A stretch of 46,401 nt of DNA, the filler included, from Jimgerdemannia flammicorona (taxonomy: Eukaryota): the NCBI GenBank assembly GCA_003990765.1. It is 2 parts of 2 records of this genome, joined end to end, with 100 filler letters (N's around TTAATTAATTAA, not from the genome) between each part and the next. Parts side by side here need not be neighbours in the genome. Positions count along the whole stretch, not along the records: positions 23,256 to 46,401 come from RBNJ01001149.1; 1 more part is not named here. One strand, written 5' to 3'. The position numbers were made by a program, and so were the translations under genes. Below, piece after piece: positions 39,093 to 46,401 of the stretch; positions within the stretch are counted from its first letter, which is position 1; each line of letters begins with the position of its first letter. The notes under the pieces were generated by a model. That model worked only from the letters and a program-made list of their open reading frames with translations. It had not been told where the DNA came from and made no database searches.

Positions 39093-39100
39093 TATTTATA
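39093..39100 (-). promoter_or_regulatory. Probable LTR TATA box (TATAAATA); AATAAA ~115 bp downstream at 38972-38977
   Basis: Both motifs are present at equivalent positions in all three LTR copies, in the order expected for U3-R-U5. Confidence 0.6.
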
Positions 39101-39289
39101 CTAGTGAGAGGCTATCTGGACTATGCTAGATATGGATGTAGCACTAAGTGCCTTGCTGAGTTGGAATACAGTTACGTAGTACAAGTGTGATCTGCAATAT
39201 CAAGAGATTGTCTGACTGCTGAGTCAGTTCACAGTCACATCATACAAGGCTAATCTAACTATACTATGACTGCTAGGCTATTTATGAGT

Positions 39290-40387
39290 TTAGGTACTGT
39301 CTGGGTAGTTCTCGATGACATTACTATCGATTGTATCATCTCTGATGAAGTAGTCATCTAGGAAGAGTAGTTCATGGATTACTTCTTCTTGTTTGCTGAG
39401 GTAATAATACATTGGAACTTTGTCTCCATCCCACAAGATGGCATCATCTATCTCATATGCTGGATAAGGTGTTGGTGGCCAAAGGAGGGGTGCATTGTCT
39501 TCACTTTCATCAGATTCACTGTCTGTATACCTTCTGTAGGTTACAGCACTATGGGTTGCAGGGTTGTAGTAAGCTGGTGGCTGTAGTTCATGTCGCTCAT
39601 ACTCGGGTGGTGGAGTGGTTAGTTCAATCTCGAGGGTTGTCTGGAGATACAGGTTGTGTTCTCTGGTCTCTTCATTATAGTTGAAGTAATTGGGAGTGAA
39701 TATGGATTGGTATTCATGCCAGTGGTCATTGTCCCAATAGGTCTTGTAGGCTGTTATGAATTGTTGTAAGTTCATTGGCAAGGTTGGCAGTGTGACCAAG
39801 GTTGGTAGAGATCCTTGGCTAGAGGTCATGTTGGTATCAGAGGGATCATTATCTTCTGCTTCATCTTGATCGAAGTGGATTATATCGTAGATGTCCTTCA
39901 TGGCGTATCCAACTTGGGGCATTTGCAGGATATGATCATTGGGGTGTGGGAAGGTTCTGTCTGTGGTTTTGACGTACTCGAGGTACTTGTGGTTGAGTTC
40001 TTGTATTATGTCATTGATTTGGCCATAGGATAGAGTAACAACCATTTTAGCTGTGGTAACTCGGAGGTGTGGAATAATGGTGCTATACTCATAGAAGAGT
40101 TCTCAATGTTTGCAGGCGATGAGCTTCTGGTGTTGAGACATCTGGGTGATATCTGTATCATAGTGGTGTTCGATTATGTCTTCCAGGAGGCGGCTGATCT
40201 GGTAGTAGCTTGAGATTTGTCTGATTCAGTGGGCCTCACTAAGCATGTTCAGAGCATTCCATCAGGCTTCCACGAAGTAGAGGGGTACTAGGCTATGAAT
40301 ATTCATAAGGGGCAGAGGGGGTGTGGCTCGGTTGACAATGGCATTCCAAATGTCAGCACAGATATGGGTATAGATCTCGGTGGTCAT
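39290..40387 (-). pseudogene. LTR (U3)-encoded ORF, ~365 aa, unknown function
   Basis: ATG at 40387 is in frame with the open 251-aa ORF 39290..40045; only three TGA interruptions (40262-64, 40226-28, 40103-05). Start and stop positions are conserved in the other two LTR copies. Confidence 0.8.
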
Positions 40388-43074
40388 GTTTGTGTGTTTG
40401 GAAGTTGTAGTTATTATTTGTTTTGGTTCTCTGATTCAACGTGTCTCAGTGCTCAGTATATATGCATTTGATTCTGATTGGTAAGATTCCGTTTGTGTAA
40501 ATCTTGTATTCTGTGACTTCATATTGACTCAGCTTTGTGCACTGTAACTTCATTTTGACTCAGCTTCATAATCAAGCAGGTGATTTCTAGATTTATTCAG
40601 AGGTTGTGTGTGATTTCAGTGGCTTGTTCAGAGGGTGATATGTAATTTCGGTGGCTTGGAGGTTGTGCGCTTATACTTAGATGAAGAACCTCAAAAGCTT
40701 TTCCTACCACCAAATAATGTAATTTCTTTATGATCACTATAAACTTCCAGTGATATAGTTGCACCAGTTCTTCTTGATATAGTATTCTATCTACTGGCCA
40801 CCAATGTCCCTCTGCCAACTCCTCAACAAGCTTCTCTACCTCTCTGCTCACTTTTCTCAACTCACCTTCCAACCACTCTGCTTTTGTTATAATTGTATAA
40901 TGACTATTATGATCAGTCTCAGCTATAGCCTGATCATACTGATAAAGAGTCTCAAAGTATTTATCAGCTACTGTCAGTTTGGCTATATTATCTTGCTGAC
41001 AAAGATATGTCTTATGTGATCCCCACAGTTCAATCAACTTATCAGAACTCAGAATATCACTCTCTGCTGTATTTTGTTGATACTGCTTCAGATCTGTATT
41101 GCTTACTCTCATTATCTCTAGATATACCATATCATAGCCAGCCCTATTCTCATTCTGATTCAGTTATTCTACTCTAGAATAACAACTTCAAGAATTTGAG
41201 TTTGATGCTCTGATGTCATCCTTTTTGTTATCTCAATAAAATATACAAGATATGGCCAGAGCCTCTCTATCTATTCACTATCAGTCAGATCATAACCTCT
41301 GATATATCAAGGATAGAATTGAGTTTGATATCTTACATTATAAGCATAGATATGAAAGACTGTAATTGCATAGCTAATATAATAAGTCTTCTCAGCTAAG
41401 TTTGAATTTTTTTAATTTAATAAAAAGTATATATAATTTAAATTTAATTTAATACCTAAGTTGTAGTTTATTTTAAATCTTATATAACTTATCTCAACAT
41501 ATTTCTTAAATATACAGTTTGTATCATAAAGAGTTCTAATTCTCTCTGCTTTTCACTTATTAATTAATCAATCAAGAATATTAAGAATATATATCATTCT
41601 TTCACCTGTTCCATGAAAGTTCAGTCCTCAATAAGCTCATCTATGATAAGTACATATCATTACAAATACACCTGTGATCTCTATTGATCTTTTATCTATA
41701 AATTTTCTTATGCTACTTTAAAATGATCACTATATTTACCTTTACTCTTTCTACTAAGTTATCTATATTCATAAAGCTTATCAAAGATATTAAACTTATT
41801 ATCAAGTATAAAAAATATCTTCAGTCTCTTTAACAGAGTACTGATATCATATGTATTATGTACACATATATACTTCAGCCTATAATTACTATCAAAATAA
41901 ACAAATATCTATCAGTCAAGTCCAGTCTTAGTCAGGTCTTCAGAGTTATAAGTTACTTTTGGTGGTAGACATGTAATATATTCAATATTAAGACTCTAAT
42001 TAGTTTGATATAGCTGGTGCTCAATAATCTGACTTCTTTATAACCAAGTATGCTCATACATACTGATGATATCAATAAAGAGTTTATAGTAAGGTAATTC
42101 TTCCTAATTATTTTAAGAAAATTTAGATAAATATTTTAGAAATATTTCAGAATATCATAGTGAGTTATATGGTTTCTATATTAAAGAGTATATAGGTATT
42201 ATAGCTTCATATAACAGAAGTGTAAAAAATATATATACTCATTTACTTACTATGCCCTGTATATTAGTATATGTATATATTCTATAGAGTATTATACCAT
42301 GCTTAGTATGAAATATCAAAACTAAAAAAATAATAATAAAACTCAAACACTTAGATATAGAAGGTCTTTTTTTGTATTTCAGGTGAGATAAAAAAGTACC
42401 CAGCATAGATCAATACATAATGAATTGGATATTCATTATAAGAAAAAATTTTATAGTATTTACTTTCTATATATATGAAATTATATTATTTATTTATATA
42501 AGAAAATACAGTAATAGCAAATTTATAATACTCATCTTTGAGACTAATATACTTTACTGTCTTTCTGATTTTTTGTGAGTATGTATTAAGTACTATTTTT
42601 GAGATCAACTGTGTGAAAAGATAGTAACTCTCAAGCCAGTTCCTCATAAATATTTGCTCACTTTGCATAGAGTTATTCTTGTTTTTCATAGTATAACTTG
42701 GTAGATAACTATATGGTAGTAAGAAAATATCTCACTTCAACTTCATCATCATTATTGTTAGCATGTACAGACCCAGCCTCCATGCTTTTATCCTTCTTAT
42801 TTTTACAGAACTTAAGACTAGAGCTTTGTTCCTACTCTATATATTATTACTTCTCATTCTGCTATATTTTCTTTATAATATCAGTGAGTCTGCAGAAACC
42901 ATATCCAGTCAAAGAGTCTGAGCTTAGTTCTATAATATTCTCAATCTTGCATTTCTTCTAAAGAGGACTGAAATGAATCATGATTGAGTTTTGATTATTT
43001 GTTTTAGTTTAATAAAGATTTATTAATATTTTTCCATTTATATATATATATATACCATACTATAATTATAGTTT

Positions 43075-43262
43075 GCTAGAATTGAATACCAGATACTGAT
43101 TTTGCTCAATTGAACAAGTGGGATTGGGGGGCTTTGACTATTCAATTTTGGGTCAATATAGTCTATAATTGTATTTACTAGGATTGAATATCAGGTACTA
43201 ATTTTGCTGGATTTGCATTCAATTGAACAGATGGGATTGGGAAACTTTGACTATTCAATTGA
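43075..43262. repeat. Two ~75-bp direct repeats
   Basis: CTAG.ATTGAATA.CAG.TACT.ATTTTGCT..CAATTGAACA..TGGGATTGGG..CTTTGACTATTCAATT at ~43076 and ~43178. Confidence 0.7.
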
Positions 43263-43289
43263 ACCTATTTTTGGATTGATACAAATAGT

Positions 43290-43959
43290 ATAGTTCTGGT
43301 ATAGATGACTGTTTCTCAGATATTGTTGGGATAAGAGAGGAGAAAATAGTTACAGATAGGAAGAAAAGTGATAACAATAGACTAATAGGGTACTAGGCTG
43401 GGGGTGATCATCAGAGCTAGAGCAGATACTGCTTCAGTGGGGCCCTTTGATTGGTATGGGGTAGTTAAGTGATAGGTGTCACTTTTGGCTTCTTTTGGCA
43501 ATTTGTAGGATTAGGCTCTAGTCATTGAAGAGAGCTGGGGGGTTTGAGGCTATCTATGTTAGATATCTTGGCTATACTTAACTGGAACTGAGAGCTGATA
43601 TGGCAATATAATTGAGGCTTATAGGCTTGAGTAGTGGAGTATTAGAGGTCTCCTCTTATTTTATATATAAGTTCTCTACTTATCTTATTTGAGAGAATTA
43701 GACTTTATCTATTATTTTGTATCTTAAAAAGAGTTTTTTCTTTATCTATTATTTCTACTTGAGGTAGTAGAGCTATTCATTTAGCTCAGACATGGTCTTG
43801 TATATATATTGGAGTTTTAGGTATATACTTTTGATTATTAATATATAGCTAAGTTCTCTTTAGTAATAGAGAGAGTATGATATATAGAATGAGATATGAG
43901 CTACTTTATATAGAAGATAGATAGGCATACTGGTTAATAAAGGATGGAGTCCAAGTGAC

Positions 43960-43993
<34 letters not shown>

Positions 43994-44170
43994 TATGAGC
44001 TACTATAGGCCCTACTATATCTGGTATAGTCAAGTCACTGGACAATAGCTAGCCTAAGTTTAATGGGGGGGTAGTGCTCAGGAAGTGGTGGAGGAGAGTT
44101 TTGGCCTATATAGTCTAGTTTTCTTTTAATAAAAATCTACAGAACTCTAAGTTTATAAAATAAAAAATAA
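43290..44170 (+). mobile_element. Old, G>A-rich copy of the poly(A) retroposon at 44407-45598
   Basis: Reverse-complement similarity to ~44420-45195 along its length, ending in AATAAAAATC and an A-rich tail. Confidence 0.8.
43906..43990 (+). mobile_element. 85-bp extremely 5'-truncated LINE tail with perfect 14-bp TSD
   Basis: TSD AGATATGAGCTACT at 43892-43905 and 43991-44004; tail AATAAAGGATGGAGTCCAAGTGACTAT-(A)28 resembles the 3' end of LINE copy A. Confidence 0.92.
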
Positions 44171-44406
44171 GATGTAATTATATATTTAACTTTATTTAAA
44201 GAATAAACTCCTCAGTTTAATCAGTTTTTTCAAATATAAATATTTAGATTAATTAAATTTTAAATTTTTAAAATATTTATTTTTAAATATTTATATTTTA
44301 AATTTAATCTCTTTTCTAAATAGATTATAGATAAAATATATAAAATATTAAAAATTTTACATGACAGACCTAGAAAATTCATTTAAATCTTGACAGAACA
44401 GTACAT

Positions 44407-45598
44407 TTTTTTTTTTTTTTTTTTTATTTAACGGACTCATGTCCCGTGGATTTTTATTGGAAGAGAACCTAAACTATATAGGCCAAAACCCTCTCCCACT
44501 ACCCACCAAGCACTACCCCTCCATTAACCTAGGCTAGCTATTGTCCAGCAGCTCAACCATGCCAGGTGCAGCAGGACTGATAAGCCTGTACCTCATTCTG
44601 CACACCATACTCTCTCTACCACCAGGGGAAACCCAACTATATGCCAACAACCGAAAGCACATACCTGAGAACCCAACGTATATACAAGGCCATGCTTGAG
44701 CTAAATAGAATAACCCCTGCCACCACAAAGAGAATGACAGACAAATAAAAACCCTCATCAAAGCACAATATGGTGGGTAGGACCTGGTTCTCCCAGATGA
44801 GGTGAGTAAAGGACTTACATATGAGGCAGGAGGAAATCTCCAATACCCCACTACTCAAGCCTGGGGGCCTCGATCACATTGCCATATCAGCTCTCAGTTC
44901 CAGTTGAGTGCAGCCAAGATGTCTGAAATGGGTAGCCTCAGGCCTTCTGACCTCCTCTGACGACTGGGGCCCAACCCCGCTGACCGCCAAAAGAAGCTGA
45001 TAGTGACACCTACCACCTAACCATGCTGCATCAATCAAAAGGCCCCACCGAAGCAGCACCTGTCCCAGCCCCAATGACTATCCCCAGCCTGGCACCCTAC
45101 TGGTTTACCGTAATCACCCTTCTGCCTATCTATAATGGCCATCTCCTCTTCCATTCCAACAACACCCGAAAAGCAGTCACCTACACCAGAACCATGCTTG
45201 CTGGGAAGTTCGCCAAAGCCAGAGGGCCCCACCACAGGCACTGAGGACCTGCAGGTAACCTATACTAAGTACTTGATGCCCAAGGTCAGCCAACTCCCTA
45301 CGTAGCCTGAGACACACTGAGACAACTCCTTGTTGGCAACAGCAAAAGGAAGAAGGCGCCGCACCAAAATGGGTACACCCCAGATACAGCTGAAGGCACC
45401 AGAATCCGTGAAAAAGTGGAGGAAGCACCGATCCGACACCGATAAAGGGGCAACTCATCACTATTACCCTCCTCCCACCATGCTCCTGCAGGCACAGCAA
45501 ACCAACCCAAGGTAGAGGGGGTAATAATAGGAGAAAGGGGACTCAGAAGGTTGCCTACCAAACCTTGTGACTGGTAAGGTAGTGGAGAAAGGAGCATG
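44407..45598 (-). mobile_element. Poly(A) retroposon, probably a truncated LINE 3' region, with 15-bp TSD
   Basis: T20 at 44406-44425, minus-strand AATAAA at 44453-44458, TSD GACAGAACAGTACAT at 44392-44406 and 45599-45613. No recognisable protein motif. Confidence 0.85.
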
Positions 45599-46401
45599 GA
45601 CAGAACAGTACATAATCTATCACAATCAATATATACAAGCAATTTGTGGCTTGAACTAGATGGTACGTCATCAAGGGGACATCATCATTACTAAGCCATC
45701 AATTTTCAACGCGTAAGAACGCGTAACTTGAGCATCAATAAACACCCTCCCTTTTCGCGTTTCTCTCCAGTAATTCTAGTAAAAATCCCAACAAAATGTT
45801 ATGAGCCCCGCTAGCGTCAGCTGTTAAACAGCTAAGATAATACACCTCTTTACTATACGCCACACTACGCCAAGATGACTACAAATACATCAAGCACAAA
45901 CGCGTCCGCGAGCGGCGCAGCCAGCACTATAATTACGACGACAAAAGGACAAGGGGTCGGTTGCGCGATTGTGAGATACAACTGATGACGAAAAACAAAC
46001 CATCTCCATTTTATTAATAAAACTCGTCATGGAGCCTTTCTCCATCAATGACCTCTTTACTTCGCTCATTTATACACCAGTACGGCCATGGAGATACTAC
46101 GTTTCTATTCCCACTCTGCAATCAACGTGTTGAGTTTAACCCACACCAACCCTACAACCCCGCCCACAACTGAATTCAATTTCGCCCCAGCCACAAAACA
46201 CTCCAAAAAAATCGGCCCAATATTAAGTCCAACGTATGTATCATGGGTACCCACTTGTAGCAAATGATGTACGCCTGCCCATTGCACCACGCATCTAGTC
46301 GGAGAAATGGAATTCTTCATTATCACTTGTATCTTGAATTTCCACCCACTGGCCACTAAATTATTAATGGCTTTGTTTCGCTCTCTTCCATTCCCAACGC
46401 T

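Larger units (their letters stand above)
38614..40675 (-). mobile_element. Solo LTR (2062 bp) of the chromovirus family; best-preserved copy
   Basis: TGTAAG...CTTATA termini, perfect 5-bp TSD CTTAG (38609-38613 and 40676-40680), colinear with 10376-12451. Confidence 0.96.
37850..42950 (-). pseudogene. KDZ (Kyakuja-Dileera-Zisupton) transposase, heavily mutated and split by a solo LTR; boundaries approximate
   Basis: ITGVFVMICTYH..GTGER (~41590-41680); VFHIYAYNVRYQTQFYP*YIRGYDLTDSE*IERLWPYL (~41245-41360), matching the KDZ FH.YAH...CQ..F.P....G.GLTDGE..ER.W pattern; helical C-terminus LHYLVVGKAFEVLHL|SQGQHIDTK rejoins in frame once the LTR and one TSD are removed. Confidence 0.85.

Noticed and set aside
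40597..40675. C-terminus of ORF 40597..41130 as a real protein end
   Set aside because: The frame reads through from the KDZ remnant into the inserted solo LTR; the original continuation is beyond 38613.
46265..46360. GILHYHLYLEF as an HUH Rep motif
   Set aside because: It lies in a ~30-codon frame bounded by stops with no other Rep motifs; probably chance.

Overview
Eukaryotic, probably fungal, transposon-dense DNA with strong CpG depletion; almost every long ORF is a decayed mobile element. Left to right: (1) two L1/Tx1-like LINEs in opposite orientation (1-5549 +, 5550-~10200 -); (2) a minus-strand Ty3/gypsy chromovirus with ~2.07-kb LTRs (10376-20752), whose 5' LTR is interrupted by a second gypsy element (20753-23155) cut off by a 100-bp scaffold linker; (3) an apparently intact 5-exon gene encoding a PHD-like Cys/His finger plus a possible caspase/CHAT-like His-Cys domain; (4) fold-back repeat arrays flanking an interstitial TTAGGG tract; (5) a pogo/Fot1 transposase split by a LINE fragment, a DIRS-like RT fragment, and a Mutator-like transposase with an internal acidic repeat expansion; (6) a KDZ transposase split by a solo LTR of the chromovirus (TSD CTTAG); (7) poly(A) retroposon fragments with TSDs and a CpG-rich terminal stretch. 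The most unusual observation is that the chromovirus LTR itself carries a ~365-codon gene in U3, upstream of the LTR TATA box, with two PPxY motifs. All calls come from manual reading and translation; no database searches were run.
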